Part shown: positions 12,101-26,650 of the stretch, piece after piece
How positions within the stretch are numbered: position 1 is the first letter of the stretch
Layout of the letters: every line of letters begins with the position of its first letter
From: Takakia lepidozioides
Lineage: Eukaryota > Plantae > Bryophyta
Direction of reading: 5' to 3'
Length of the DNA: 64,000 bases
NCBI GenBank assembly: GCA_030704615.1
Contig: CM060734.1
Coordinates: 22,196,001 to 22,260,000, forward strand
The notes under the pieces: generated by a model
What the model was told of the DNA's origin: nothing
Seen by the model: the letters and a program-made list of their open reading frames with translations, nothing else
Databases searched by the model: none
Made by a program: the position numbers and the translations under genes

Positions 12101-15100
12101 TTGTAGAAGTCTCAGTAGTTGGATTTCTATGTAGGAGCCTGTTGGAAGCTTCATTCATAGTGGGTGACAAGTAGGACTAAAAGAAGTCAGCCTATCTCAT
12201 AATAATGGAATATGGTCAAGCATGATTCACTGCCATTTTGTAACTTTCTTTGAAAACTGTCTAGTGCGTAGAGTGTTAATTTTGGGTGTCTGGTTGGGTG
12301 GGCAGCGGCTGGTGCTGGACTTACAGGGTTTAAAATGGCCCGAAGAACTGCTGGGATTGATGAGTTTCAGTTTATACCAATAGGAGATAATCATCAACAA
12401 GGAGTGAGTTTTTCTTTCTAGTTCTTTGTTTGTTAGTCTTCTTTCTTCTCTGGGCATCCTGTGGATGCAATAAATTTTTTTCTTCTTCTCTCTGGACGTC
12501 ATAAGGTTTATTTCTTTCTCATTTCAGAGGCTGCTCATCATTGGGATGCATTTAGTTTTGAGGATTGGCAGCTGACCTGTAAGGCCCTCTGTCTTTTTGC
12601 AGTGATTTGGTTCTAGTTCTTCTATTTGTTATGCTTTACTGTCCCACAACTCTGCTGTTTGTGGGTGGTAGTGCTATTTCAGACAAGTAAATGTTCTGAA
12701 GTGACTTTGTTTTCCAGCGGTTGGCTGTAGCAATTGCGGTGTCGGGCATCGCTTTCAGTCCAGAAGATTTTGTCCAGCCTTGGCAAGGACCTGATGGTGA
12801 TCTGGAGAGGTACTATCTCACAACCTATTTATGATGTCAGCCATGCATGTGTTTCAACAGGTCTAGGGAACCTTCCCCTCACGTGCTCTGCCATCACGCC
12901 GGTTATTTTTTTATATTGTACTACTTTCAAGTATTGGTGCAACACCCTCAGCTTTTCTGCTGGTGTGAGATATGTAGAGACTTCATCAACAAAAAGTGCT
13001 GATGCGGCTGTATCATGCAGATATGCAATTTGGTGGGAGTCAAACAATGTAATGGCAGTCAGTACTGCGATACAAGACTGGCTTACCTCTAGTACGAGTT
13101 CCTATCCCATCAGTCCTTGATCTCTCTTGAACAAGCAGTTGGAAAACAATGTTCCATTACTGACTATGGAGTTGTTTGGTCTTTTTGTGGTTTCAACATT
13201 GTCTAAGGACCATGTGGGCATTTATAAAGCCTCCCACATTCATATGATTGCGTGTGGATAATCTTCCCAGGTTATCTTGCACTTCAACAGGCAGCTTCCA
13301 ATCCCAGTAGAAAGTATGCTGGGCAACTTTGTCTCTATGCTGGTGTTCGAGAAATAATCCCAGACTGGGAATCATGCAGGTGTTGCAAAGGAGATGATGA
13401 AGCGAGGTGCAATGCTCACTGTACTGAGTGGCCTTCTCACGGCACTGGCCTGGCCTGCTGCCTTGCTCGGTGCCACTGACTTCATTGACAGCAAATGGTC
13501 TGTTGCTGTTGACAGGTTTCATTCCTCTTTCCTTTTCTGTTACTAAAGTTCCCTTCTTTCTCTCTTTGTGTTTGTATCTTCTAACTAAATGTCAGTCGTA
13601 TTTTCCATTACAGACCATCTTCTCACCACAGATAAACCTTGACCTCTGTCAAGGGATTATACTTCGTGATGATAAGAGTGTATGTTAACAGTTAGTTCTC
13701 CTGTCAAAAGGTGTTGTAGGGTCTTGAGTGAACTGGAAAATGTAAGAGTGTGACATTTTTGTTGGCAGATCAGATAAGGCTGGAAAGTTACTAGCGACAG
13801 TTCTACTGAAAGGTGGCCAAGGCAATCGGTATCTTACCAGTATTTCTCATTGTTGCAGCATTTCCATTTTGTATGTATGTGTATAGGACAATAAGCCCAT
13901 TGATCGCTCCCTTGAATGTGGGCTATGCCGTACCTTAAGTGCATAATCCCTCCTGGACTTAAACCCTTCCAGAGCCAGTTGCAGTGTTTCTACGTACCTG
14001 CTCATGGAAACTCCACCCCACTGCTGCTGGATGGCTTGCCTACAAGTGCTGAGAATCTGATTACAGGGAATTGAGTACCGATGATGTATGGCCTAGTGTA
14101 GAATATACGTCATGTTAGACAACACCGGGTTGCTCCTTGCACTATTGTTCTAGCCTACACATGGTGACACTTCCAGAGACAACAGTGAGAAAGAAAGGAA
14201 GAATGAGATATACTACGTGATGGAGGCCAAGGGTCCATGGTTCAAAACCAAAAGAACTTGTGGGATGGATGTTGATTGACCTCTGAACATGTGATCAGGT
14301 TGGATTGAGCCAGCCTGGGCTCTGGGAAGAACACATCAAAACACCCCACATGTTGGATGGCATCTTGGTCCCTATACCAGGGACTGCTGTTGCCATCCAC
14401 AACCTGTACTCTGACCAGTCCACGCACCACTGGTCTTTGAAGCTGAAGGCGTGAGCCTGCTCCCTGTCCTGCTCTGTGAGGATGGCATGTTGTTCCTTAA
14501 TAATGCTGGTAGTTTCTCCTTAGTAAGCTGTGTTGCAGTCAGAGCTCTGCCACTTGTTGGAACCGACCTCCTGGGTGCCCATGGTCCCATGGGACAAAGC
14601 ATAATAAAAGAATCCACATTAAAAGACTGTAATGAACACAAAGGGTCGTTCACAGCAGTATCCCAGATCAGATCTGAAGACAGCCATTTTTTACAGACAG
14701 AGTTTACAGGAGCTGAAATCGGATGTTGGCACGCTAGACTGGATTGGGGTTCGGCCGATGTTGGTACTGTTTCTATGTACTGAAATGAAGTATTCTGCTG
14801 CAGACCAGTGACACTTGTGGGATTTTCTTTGGGTGCTCGAGTAATTTTCAAATGCTTGGAGGAACTGGCCAAAATTGGAGATGCTGGTAAAGCATTTGAA
14901 CCTGTTATGACCGTGGTACAATCCAACAAATTTGGCTGGAAATTGAATGCATAATATTGATATTTATCATGTTTCGTAGAACCCTGCAGACCACAGCCTA
15001 CAATATGCAACAGTGCCAGGAAAGAGGTGAAGGAGCAGAGATTTATGAACGATGATTGAATGAGGATGGATGTTAGTCAAGTAGATGGGGAGGTCGCTGA

Positions 15101-16514
15101 GAAAGATATGTTGGAATGTCTATCATGCCTTGGATTTTTCTGAACTGACACTTAGAGAGGGCTGACAGGTGGTATTGTTGAGCGGGTGGTGCTGCTGGGA
15201 GCCCCTGTCAAACTAGACAAGCAAAAGTGGGAGACTGTGCGCAAGGTGAACCCATCAGTTCCCAATATTTGTTAGATGCCATATCTTAATATCATGTTTA
15301 CCTCACTTTGAATTCTTATTTTGCCATATTGCAGCTTTCCTGGAGTGCAAAAGTGCTAGTGGCTCTTTCAATACTCAAAAAGATCATATGAACCATGCAA
15401 GAGAAACATGCAGTACCTGGATGCATGTATGCAACCTCTGTTTTTCAGGGGGATGAAGTAGGAAAGTTTGTGGTGGCTCTTGGTGAGTGACTGTGTGTGA
15501 CAAGTCTTGACTCAAACTGTGCTACTGAGAGCCAGTCAGGGCTTGGTTGCTAACTGTGCTTGTGGTATTGTTGAAGCAGGTGGTAGCAGGACGGTTTGTC
15601 AATGGGTACTCAACAAACGACTGGATACTTGGGATCGCTTATCGAGCCACGTAAGGCCGTGCCACCATACAATTTCATTGCAGACAAAGCAGAACATGTG
15701 TGCAGGCTTTGCAGTCTTTTGCGCAGTCTAACGAATGTATTTATGAGATGTGTTTGCCATAGCCTTTTGGCAGTCAGTTTGCAGCAGCCTAGAGAGAACG
15801 ACAGAAAGAAAGAAAAGCTTATAACGGCCATGGGAAGCTCAAAGAGCTTATTGGACAGAAAGAATTGGAAGAATTGGAGTATATTTGGACAGAAAACCCA
15901 ACAAGAGCATGAGAGGTAGACAGACAGAGGGATAATACCATGCGCTTAGAGACAGTTTCATATTTATTTTAGTGCCTGGAAACTGTATACTGGCCTGAAT
16001 AGCATTGAAGTAGGATCCCGCTAGTATCTGAGATCAGTAGTGACATTCTTTTGAACTGACATGCACCTTGGTGTTGGATGATTGCAGCTTTCTAACACAA
16101 GGGCTGGCAGGACTGCAGGCAGTTGAAGTCCCTGGCATTGAAAATGTAAACTCTTCTATTTGTGAGTTGAGATAGGGGAGAGATTTCATGTTCTGGATTT
16201 GAAACAGATTGTCTCGGGATTTTCATCTCTTTGTTACTCTGTTGATACTAACAGACCTCCCTTGCCGATCATGAATATGGAGATATTCACGCCAATGCTA
16301 AGAGTGGAGGTTCTTGAACAGCAAATCTCCATATCTTCCACTCTCGTTCTGACTCCCTTTTTGACGTGGTTTGTCATGGTTGCAGGTGGATGTGACAGAG
16401 GTAGTGAGGGGCCATTCTTCCTACCTGTCCAAAGCAGGGGAGCTTCTGCGTGTGATTGATATCGATAGCTTCTACCCTATTTACCCTCCCAAGCTATCAT
16501 CCAGGTCAATATAA
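9102..16514 (+). CDS. TMCO4: TMCO4-like / DUF726 protein (alpha/beta-hydrolase-like membrane protein); 16 exons: 9102-9319, 10142-10223, 10818-10980, 11115-11392, 11573-11744, 11910-12050, 12306-12403, 12718-12809, 13021-13091, 13380-13515, 13769-13828, 14804-14886, 15169-15245, 15580-15650, 16088-16145, 16386-16514
   Basis: Motifs HRYAAGGLLALAL, GYDARQRVALRLLA.WL, KWRRGGLIGAAAVTGGTLLAITGGLAAPAIAAG, AGAGLTG, ALAWPAALL, RPVTLVGFSLGARVIF (GxSxG), VVAGRFVNGYS..DWILG, VDVTEVVRGHSSY. All introns are GT-AG with matching phase. Confidence 0.92.
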
Positions 16515-18137
16515 TATCACATGGTTGGCACAGCATCCTTGCTCAGCCACATTGGACATTTGTCCGGGGAAGATTAGTAACTAGTAACTGTCACTTGTTG
16601 TCAGTCTTATGGTCATGACTGCCTCTGGTTGGGCACCCCTCCTTTCATTTCCCCCTGGCATACTCGTCTGATTTGTAAGATTGTTCTCACCCTTTGTAGA
16701 GTTGTGGGTTATCTTAGCCCCCTGTTTTGTAGAGAAGTTACTTATCCTCAGAAGACTTCAAGGGTTTTTAGTTTTGTTAAACTTCACGATTGATGTTTTA
16801 ATAAGAACACGGAAGCAATATATTTAATTGGTGTTGTAGGATGTAATTTAATAAGTTCATATTCATGGGCAGTGGGCACTACAAGAGTCATCTGTCAAGC
16901 TATTAATATCATTGACTGGAGTCTCTGGAATCTGTGACAAGTAAATGTGATGATTTTCAAGGTGCACAGTCAGTGTGAGAGGCTGAACGGAGCAATGTGG
17001 AAGGGGAATAAAGGAAGAAGGGCTGGCATAGAAGGTGGCCTGCTTCAGATTAGATAGTGATGAGCATGAAGTTGAGGGGAGCACTTAGTGCAAGATTGAC
17101 AGATAACAGAGACTTTAGTGGACACCTACTACATTTACCATTCCATTCATCTTTTTATACATTTTCTTTGTCACCACGTACTACACAGCATTGTAGTGAG
17201 TTTTATACCTTTGCCCAGTAAACAATGGCCTTGCACCCTTTAAAGGCCTCTGAGAAGCCTGAATTTTGGTTCCAGGCACAAGGTGCAATTTCACTGGACA
17301 CTTTTTCTCCAGCGCTTGCTTTCTTACACTTCACCCTAGTTTCAGCACCTTGAATTTTTGTGGGTAATCTTGTGAACGAGAGGACTGCTTCTCTGTATGA
17401 TACACGATCATTTCAAGATTACTCTTCAAACTGTGAATGCCAAAGTATAACATAACTAAGTGTGGTATCAGATCTCCAACCTACGCAGCAGATGGCGGCC
17501 TTGACAGCAAAGAAAATGAAATGGACCATCTGTAAGCACAAGATCCCTCTTCTGTGATACTCTGCACTAAGGTAAGTCTATAATACGGCTGTCCCCATCC
17601 TAGTACACTGAGAGAAACTGGTTCGAAGATTACATATTCCAAGATTCTCATACATTTTCCAGCTTTCTCTCTCTCTCTGACCCACCTTCATTCTTGTTGT
17701 CTGATCTACTTCAGGCAGTAGGTGTTGGTTTGATTGGTTTTGTTGTCTTTACATTTCTCTCTTCAGGGGGTTCTATAGTGGAGAGGTTCTTGTTATAACT
17801 CTTGTACAGTCACCTCACTGTTCCATCTCTTAACAATAGACAGAGAGCATGTGCACATAAGAGAAACCAAAATTGTGGCAACCCCTCCCTCATAGTAAAA
17901 GAGAACATTGAAACATTGATCAGTCTCTCTCTCAATCTCCCTCTACCCACTCTCCATCTCCACCAGAAAGAAGAAAGAAAGAGAGAGAGAAAGAAAGTGA
18001 CTAGGGCTAGGGGAGTGACCGACAGTCACCGGTGGGCCAACCGCCCTAAACGGACATTCTCGGGTCTTGGTCTCTCTTCTCGCTTCTCCAATCCATCGGA
18101 CAGACATCGAGAAGGAAGGGACGAGTAGAGCAGCACG

Positions 18138-19743
18138 ATGCAGCCTGCCAGGCCGTTTGTGCGTGCACTGCATGCGACGTTGCTGGAGCATTTGAGGGTG
18201 CGGGTGCACTGTACATGCGTCAACATGCTGACAAGAGGAACCTGGAGATCCATGTCCGAGGAAGCCCACGCTCATGGCACCTACCTGGACAGAAGCGAGG
18301 TCATCGATCGTGTGCTCACAGTTGTGAAGTCTAATCAGAAAGTTGAAGCTTCCAAGGTTGGCCCTTTTACCCACCCCCGGTGTAGCCTTGAATGATGTTT
18401 CAGATTCTCCGGATTCTTACACCTTCCTCGGCATTCCTGCCCTAGGGCCACAAGGCTTGAGATTCTTATGGCTGCATCTGTCTCTGGCTCGTCTTATACT
18501 TGTATTTGACATGTGGAGAAAGCTGCATTTAGCGCGATTGGGGCCTGTCCGCAGTGAGGAATTCCTGGCAGTTGCCTATTAAGTTTGTCACTTAATCAGA
18601 TTGGTTCGGGGGCTGCAAATTCAGCTCCACAAGATTACCTCAAGAACCTGCTGCCTCTCCCCCTCTATGCTTTATCCAAATTGGTTGAAAGGGGGGCTCT
18701 ATAGGAAGAGGTTAGGGTAAACAAATTCTTTTGAGTACCTCTTTGTCCCTGCCCAATCATATACTTGTGCAAGGTACAAGAAGGTCCGGCACTCTGGTCT
18801 CAATCTCAGCGCAAAACCTAGCACCCCAGGCCCTGCAACGGGGAATATTCACTTGCTGTGCATGGTGTCTAATGCACCTGTAGGCTGGGTTCAGGAGGGG
18901 TCCATCTTATGTCAGTGTTATCCCTCGGTCAACTTGGGAAGGGTGTGGTCAATGAGTGGAGCTCACTCACGAATATGAAGTCTATCGAGGAAAACAAGAG
19001 ATAATGAAAGGGGGTCAAGACTAGATGGAAATTTCACACTAAATCTGGTGAGACTGGTCTGTGGTCAAAATTTACCCTGTGTGTCCCTCTGCCCCACCCT
19101 CTTTATTGCCTTCTTTTTGCTCCCTGTTTGCTCTAATTGACAGTGACAAGAGGTACATCCCTCTGTTCCTTCTCTATACCTCCTGATTCCCATTACAATC
19201 ATTTATTCAAGAATCTGTTTCCTCCAATGGTTTCTTTGGTTCAGCATTATGCACTTGTGCATGAAATGTCAGAAACTAAGAATGCAAATCGTTCACACTC
19301 CTTCAAGCAAACTCTTTGGTGTAGAAACAGAGGATTATGCAGGCTATGGTGGTTAGCCAGGCTTCCAGCTTGTCATGGAAGGAGCTTTTACTCTGCCAGT
19401 CACTATAATCTGTGCCAGTCATCATCTACATGTGGGCACGCTCATTGCCATGGGTGGGTGGGTAGCTCCTTGGACAAGCACAAGGGTTGGAATTCAAAGC
19501 TTGGTGTCGCTTGTTCTCTGGGCTGGACGATCCATTCTAACATGTGATAAGCAACATGTTAAACAGGTGACAGAATCAGCAGGTTTCCGAAGTGATCTGG
19601 GACTTGACAGCTTGGACACAGTGGAGGTTGTAATGGCTCTTGAGGAGGAGTTTGCTTTGGAAATCCCTGACCCCGAAGCCGACAAAATTACCTCATGTTT
19701 GGAGGCCATTGACTACATTGCATCCCACCCATGTGCTAAGTAG
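18138..19743 (+). CDS. mtACP: Mitochondrial acyl carrier protein (NDUFAB1-like); exons 18138-18356 and 19567-19743
   Basis: Presequence-like N-terminus, then [18 protein letters not shown]...SK|VT...[30 protein letters not shown], with the phosphopantetheine Ser in DSL. One GT-AG intron. Confidence 0.93.
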
Positions 19744-20679
19744 GTCCAACCTTCTGCCACAGCAATATTCTATGGAGTTCCATTGGACATGACCTGCGTC
19801 AGGTTGTCTAGGGCTTTATGGCATCTGTGAGGCGCTATTGATTGTGGCACATGAATTGCCTTTTGGAGGAAGCTTGCAGGCAGCTTTTTTAATTTGACAA
19901 AATGATGTCAACCGATACTGGTTTCTAAAAGTGAAACTTGCAAGCTATCCCTTTCTTATTCTGCTAGTGATGTCTACCATGAATGATCAGCAGCATTCCT
20001 AAGAGGTTGATTTAGTTTTGGATGTCAGATTGATCATGGTGAAGGTGGAGAAAACCTTCCTTCTCAAGGAGAGATAGAGGGCAGGGTCCATTCAAATAGT
20101 ACAGCTGTCTGCGAGAGTGTTCTTGCAGTTAGCAATGTATGATTGTAGTACAGAGAAAGCTTCTGTCATACAGAGGTGGGTGAAGGTGCTCCTCCAAAAA
20201 AATTTATGAGGGTTTCGACTTAGCAGTGAAGTTTGTTGATTGATGAGTGGCTCTTATGGAAGAATTGACCGTAAGAAGCTTTGGTTATTACCCTATATGT
20301 GACCATTCCCATATACCCACTTGGGGACAAGCGAAGGAGCCACTCAATATATTTAGTTTATTATTACTTTTGAAGGGTAATACCTGGGAGCGACTGCTCA
20401 CAAATCAGGTGAACCTGAGGGTCGGGGGAGATGTGAACACTCAGAGCTCCGTGGTCTGCGGTGAGACTCCCAACGTTCTCTTTGGCTCTCTCGTCTCTAC
20501 AGATTTTATGATTCCAGCGACTACCTCGTTTCTCAGGAGCTTTAATCCTCCTGCAAGTTATCTATTTGACGAATCAACAATGATAAGTTGATACCGGATC
20601 TCCTAACTATTTTGAGGAATTTCTTACAGTTATTAGCCTAAGGTTCTTCATCCTTCTGATTCTGAAGCCTCCATTATTA

Positions 20680-21385
20680 GCCAAGCATTCGATGGGCCCT
20701 GGAGTTGAATGCGAGGGAGCCGGTTCAGCCAGCGAGGACCCCCCGCCACCCCACACCCACCCCCCACTCGGGCACCCGCACACCGTGCGGCACGCCCTCC
20801 CGTGCCTCATGTTCCTGCTGCCAGGACATGAGACGTGCCCTCTCCCGCATCCCCATCCCTCCTCGCATCCCGCCCTCATGCATGGCATCGCCCTCCATCC
20901 CCCCTACATGCCTTCATCCTCCCCATGCTACATGGTATCCCAAGCATACATCATGCCCGCTTTCAAAAATTCTGACATCTATTCAAATTTCAAATGGCAA
21001 ATTTGAAGAAACAATGGACGTTGGGATATATGCCGCGTCGTCACATGCATTGCCACCCAATCTAGGGTTTTGCTACCCTCATCGTGCATTTCCTCGTACA
21101 GCAGTTCTATCCATGCCTTCCAAACGCATCCCCACCTTGACACTCTGCGTTCACCTTCCATATTGAATTGTGTTTGTATGTTGCCTACATATGTTGCATA
21201 CCATTGTAAGTTGCAATCGTGTGGATGTCTGGCCCACCTGAAAAGTTTGTGCTTGCATAGGGCACAATTTGTTGTCTGATGCATGAATTTCCTTTGCAGC
21301 TATACATGCCCACAATCTGCCAGCAAAACAAAAGAGTAGGAGGTTTATGTGAGGATAGGGCAGGGAAAGAAGAAACTCAAAAGGA
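20680..21385 (+). mobile_element. Truncated left end (TIR plus 5' internal sequence) of the same MULE family as 29107-39273
   Basis: GCCAAG...GATGGGCCCTGGAGTTGAATGCGAGGGAGCCGGTTCAGCC and the following ~600 bp align by eye to 29107-29690. No right end found. Confidence 0.85.
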
Positions 21386-21386
21386 G

Positions 21387-24190
21387 TTTGTTGGAAAAAT
21401 CCCTAAGCGAGATGTGCTTTCTTGGAATGCCATGATTGCAGGATTAGCTCGACACGGGCAAAGTGAAGAGGCTTCTCTTTACTTCCGAAGTATGCAACAA
21501 GAAGGCTTGAAGCCCAACAATGTCACCTTCATGAGCTGGATCAATGCATGTGTCAGCCCCACGGCTGTGGATCTCTTCATGGGCCATGAGAATAACTTTC
21601 CATATGTTCCTTGAAAGTGGTCTGTCACTGCCACTGCCACTGCTCCTCTGCCATTTTTGTTATATGTGTTGTACAACAACTGTGGGAGCTATGAAGTTGG
21701 TGGGGAATGGTCACAGCTTGTCACTGTTGCACAAGATGAAGCTGAATCAGATGGTCCGACTTCATGATTGACAGCACAAATCATCAAAGTTGGGCTGGCA
21801 CCAGATATCATCCTGGAGACTTCCCTTGCTGCCAGTATGCCAACTGTGGGAGCATGAACGGAAAGGGAGATTGTCAATGCCCGGTGTGCAGGCGGCCTAA
21901 AGACAATATCCATTTTCTGTTACAATGTCCGAGGATGCATAAGGAGTGTTCAACACCATGTCTCAACGAAATGTGGTCTCATGGAATGTGATGATTGGAG
22001 GATATACTTAGAATCAGTGTGGTTCGGAGGCTTTCAAGATCTACGAGCAAATGGTACAGGAAGAGGTGATAGCCGATCAGGTCGCAATCTATGCATGTGC
22101 CAACCTTGAAGCCCTGGAAAAGGATAAAGAGGTCCATTCTAACATCATCAAAGCTAGAATTGCTCCAGATATGTCCATCTTTTGCAGGAACGCACAAAAT
22201 ATAAAAGACCTTGCAGCTGGAAAGCACGTGCATGCCCACATTATCTTAAATGGATTCAAGCCATATGTCTATCTACAGAATACCCTCATCAACATGTATG
22301 CCAATTATAGGAGTGTGGTGGATGCACACGAAGTGTTTGAGAGAATTTGTGAACGAGATATGGTTACCTGGAGTATGAGAATGGTAGGATATGCCAGACA
22401 TCAGTGTGATAAAGAAGAATTTGAGATCTATAAGCATAAGTGAAATGTGATCGCTTTCAACATGATGATTGCAAAATATGCCCAACATGGGTTTGGTAGG
22501 GATGCTTTCCATATCTATGAGCAAATGCAATGGGAAGAGGTGTTGCCCAACAAGGCCACATTTGTTTGTGTTCTAAATTTGTGTGTTGGCCTAAGAGCGG
22601 TGGAAAAGGGCAAAGAAGTCCATGTTGACATTATCAAAGTTGGAACTGTGCCAGATATCATTCTGGATACTGCCCTTGTTGACACGTTTGTCAAATGTGG
22701 GAGCATAGAGAATGCACATGAGTATGCACGGGAAGCTTTCCATATGTATGGAAAATGCAAAAGTAAGGGGTGGCGCCTGGTAGGGTCACTTTCATTTGTG
22801 TTTTCAATGCATTGTGAATTGGTCCATGTTGGCCTCATCGAAAATACCGGTTAGACATCGTTCTGGAAACTGCCCTTGTTGACATGTATGCAAAATGCAG
22901 AAGCTTGGAGGAAGCACACCAAGTATTCAACAATGTGGCTCAACAAGATTTGGTCTCATGGAATGCTACGATTGCAGGATATGGATAGCATGGATGGTGT
23001 GAAAAAGCCCTCCAACAATTTGAACAAATTCGATAGGAGGCTTGAAGCAAGATGGTATCACATTTATCTCTCTTCTTTCTTAATGTAGTCATGCAGGATT
23101 AGTAAAAAAAGGCCGTCACTACTTTGATTCTAGGAGTCAAAATCATAGCCGATACATTAGAGCATTTTGGCTGCATGGTGGACTTCTTGGTCATGCAGGA
23201 TGATTAGATGAGGCTGAGGACTCCATTAACAAAATGGCGCCAATTGAACCAAGTGCTTCGGTGTGGGGGCCCACACTTGGTGCCTGCAGAATTCATAGTA
23301 ATGTGGTGCTAGCACAATGTGCAGCTGGTCGGTGGGAGGAAAAAACAATTGTGAGAAAAATGACGGAGGAGAAAGGTGTCAGAAAAGAGCAAGGGCGCAG
23401 CTGCATCGAGGTCAACAACCAGGTGCATACATTGCAGAAGACAAAGTGCATCTGCAAATACAGGGGATCCATGCAGAGTTAACAAGCGGGTCTATGCCGA
23501 AATCAAGATAATTGGATTTGAGTCAGATCTCCCAAGTAAGCAATGGCGCTCTTGTCAACATGTATTGCAAATGCAGGAATATAGTGAATGTGCACCAAGT
23601 TTTTGACAACGAAATGTGATTTCATGGACTGCAATGATTGCAGGACTAGCTAAGGAATGACATAGCGGAGAGGCAATTGAATACTTTCAACGAATGCAAC
23701 AAACACGCGTGAAGCCTAACAACGTCACCTTTATGAGCACCCTCAAAGCATGTGGCAGCCCAACAGCTCTGGAACAGGGCAAGCATTTCCATGTGAGCAT
23801 CATCAAGGCTGGATTTGAGTCAGATCTCCGTATGGGCACTGCCCTTGTCAGCATGTACTACAAGTGTGGGGATGTGGTGGGTGCAAGCCAAGTGTTTGAC
23901 AAAATGCCCAGATGAGATGCAATCTGATGGAATGTGATGATTGCAGGATTAGTTCAGCAAGGGCAATTCCAAAAGGCAATTGAATTTCTGGCAGCGAATG
24001 CAACGAGAAGGCTTGAAGCTAAATTGATCAGCATCCTCAATTCATGGGCCAGCCCACTAGCCCTGGAACAGGGCAAGTGGCTTCATGCGGAGATAGTTGA
24101 GGCTGGACTCGAGTCGGTTGGCCAGGTGGCCAATGCCCTTGTCAACATATCCTGCAAGTGCAGGGGTTTTGTGAATGCATGCCTCCTCAA
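21387..24190 (+). pseudogene. Cluster of degenerate PLS-class PPR gene fragments, including an E/E+ region at ~23150-23480
   Basis: RDVLSWNAMIAGLARHGQSEEA, KPNNVTFMSTLKACGSPTALEQGK, TALVSMYYKCG, HFGCMVD, PSASVWG..LGACRIH, KEQGRSCIEVNNQVH; many stops and frameshifts. Confidence 0.88.
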
Positions 24191-25599
24191 GGGCAGAGCT
24201 GTTTTAGATACCCATCCTTATAGTAGGTGGGCATACGATTGTTAACCCCCATTGTTCAATGTGGGAGGGAGAGATGGTGATGGACTCAACTTTGACTTGC
24301 TGCATTGGCTCAATTGGCACATTAAATCCATTTTTTTGTCGGTATCATGCACCCATAAAAGGTTTTCAACTGAACTATTTGACCAAAAGGTGGCATGTCT
24401 GGTTTTCCTTGCTTCCACTGGGATATCATGCTTGTGTTCATGATATGCATACTATGTCCTTGTCACTACCTAAGAGAACCACTTACGGAATTCCATCCTC
24501 ATAAGGATGTGAAGATGCCTAAGAACAATATACGTGGGGTTGCTCATGGCTTGGACTGGCATGCAACAGTCTCATGGACTGTTGCTCTAGGGCTTGCGAT
24601 TGTCATCAGATAAAATCATGGAATGGATGCATGCATGATTGCTTTTACATCCAAGTTGGAGCCACATCAACTTTGGGATGAATCATACCGTACATAATGT
24701 ATATTGGGAATGAATGAAGATTAGAAGTTATCTTACTATGAATGAAACACATACAGAAAGTATGAGTGCATATGTACATATAGTGCCTATACACTCATGT
24801 TGACTTATGAGTGTTGTCTGCACACTGTGCTATTTGCATTAAGAATGAAGTAGTCGAAATCCAAGGTTTTGTTCTCTTTATAATTCATTGCAGCCGGAGA
24901 AGCACGGAAAGGGTGATGACCCACAAACAGAGGAAGAGTAGTTGTTGGCCAACAGTGGCATCAACCCTCACCAGGCCGAGATCTCCTCCATGAAATTCAT
25001 GTGCAGAATTCACGACTTCATGTCTCTCATGAGATAGTTGTAGGAAACGTGGGGAATATATGGCCAGATTCCAGAGAGAATGCTGTAGCAAACATTGGTG
25101 GGAATGGGTCATGGATGACCACCATGCCAATAGCCAATGTCTTCAAACAGTTTCAGGAAGCTGCCTTATAGGTAAATCTCATCCCATTTTGGAACCCCAA
25201 ATGAGTACCAAACCTACAACCAACACACATGTGACTGAAACCATCTGGCCCTACCTTAACCCTATTACGTGAGCATCTTTCCTCTCACGGATTGGCATCT
25301 TCCCGCTCACGCATCTTTCCGCTCACGTGAGCCGCTCACGGACTAGCACCCCCCTATGGGGATTGCCAAGCTATATTCATCACCCAACTTTTATGTTCTG
25401 TTCCAAGTCGTGGCAAAAAGAAAAACAAACACTTCTGTTACAATCCCTAAATACCATGTGTTACTGACAGATATCTCAACCTGCATGACCACATCCTGTC
25501 GAGCTGTCCGTTGTTGCATCCACTTCGTCGCCTGACCGCCTATAGGGTTGAAAGCAAGTCAAACAATCACTTCATCTCATCATCACAGATGCCTAAAAA

Positions 25600-26650
25600 A
25601 CTTCGTCGACACTCTCCAAAGGTCCTTGCAAAATCTCTCATATGCATTGTTGGAGCGTCTGCCTATACTATTCGGTCATCATCATGTTTTCCTTATCAAA
25701 AACATATGTAGCAAGCTATGTCAACTTCTTTGTTACGACCTATAGCTTCAAAACTCTAAATTGTACAGAAAACGTCTCGATTCGTCCACTCTGTAAATAC
25801 ACACAAATTCATAAATCTTAACTTTCTCTCACACGCAATGTCTAGTGCAATGGTTTTGATACAAGATGAAAAGTTGAAACAACACAACGGTGGTACACTA
25901 TTAAATGTGAGTCCGTAGGGTTGAACAAATAATTTCCTGCTCAGAAATGTCTAAATATCTAGTTATCTCTTCATCTATATGATCTTTATCAACCTTCAGT
26001 TTTTTTTTAAACAGTCATTTGTTGCAAATTTAGCTCGTCCTTCTTTATAAAAATTTAATAACCAACAAGATATATACTTACGATCAAAAATTATTTTTAG
26101 GAACTTGCATGGACATGTGTAATATAAATAGTATGAGCCCTCATAATCCCTTCTACATTTATCTTTTTCTTCAATCATTTATTCGGCCCACTAACACACT
26201 GCATGTAGTTATCAACATAATTTTCAAACTACAGTGGGTCAAGATTGGTATGCACGACTTTCATGGTATTTGAAGAAGGATTCACGGAACTGTCATAAAT
26301 TTGTTTCCATAATTATTTGAATTTAATAGTTTTATTGCGGTCTCTCGGATCAAGAAGTCCAGATTCTACACACTTGCTTTTATCCGAGACAAAAATTGGA
26401 GATTTACCTATATTCTTAAAGAACAACTTTGTTGTAGCTTGTATATTCCCTGTATTTGTAGATGATCATATGTCAGCAATAAAGTGTCAAAAATATCTTC
26501 TCAAGAATTCAATAACTTCATGTCTTGGCAATACCAACGTATTATCATATATCTCACCACTAATAAGTATCTTATTTCTTGTAGATATTACAATTTTCCT
26601 TATAAGCCAAACCCGATTGAGATAGCTTAGAAAGTTAAGGGTTAATTGTC
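25600..26650 (-). pseudogene. Possible highly decayed hAT-like transposase
   Basis: Minus-strand remnants DEEITRYL and DIACERKL resemble the hAT C-terminal region (ELxxYL...SxxCERxFS); riddled with stops. Confidence 0.3.

Noticed and set aside
14242-15010. Antisense ORFs inside and over a TMCO4 intron
   Set aside because: No recognisable domain; they partly overlap a sense exon; no TIR or TSD found.
25260-25356. CCGCTCACG repeats ending in GCACCCCCCTA (hAT-like terminus)
   Set aside because: No partner TIR or TSD found, so no element can be delimited.
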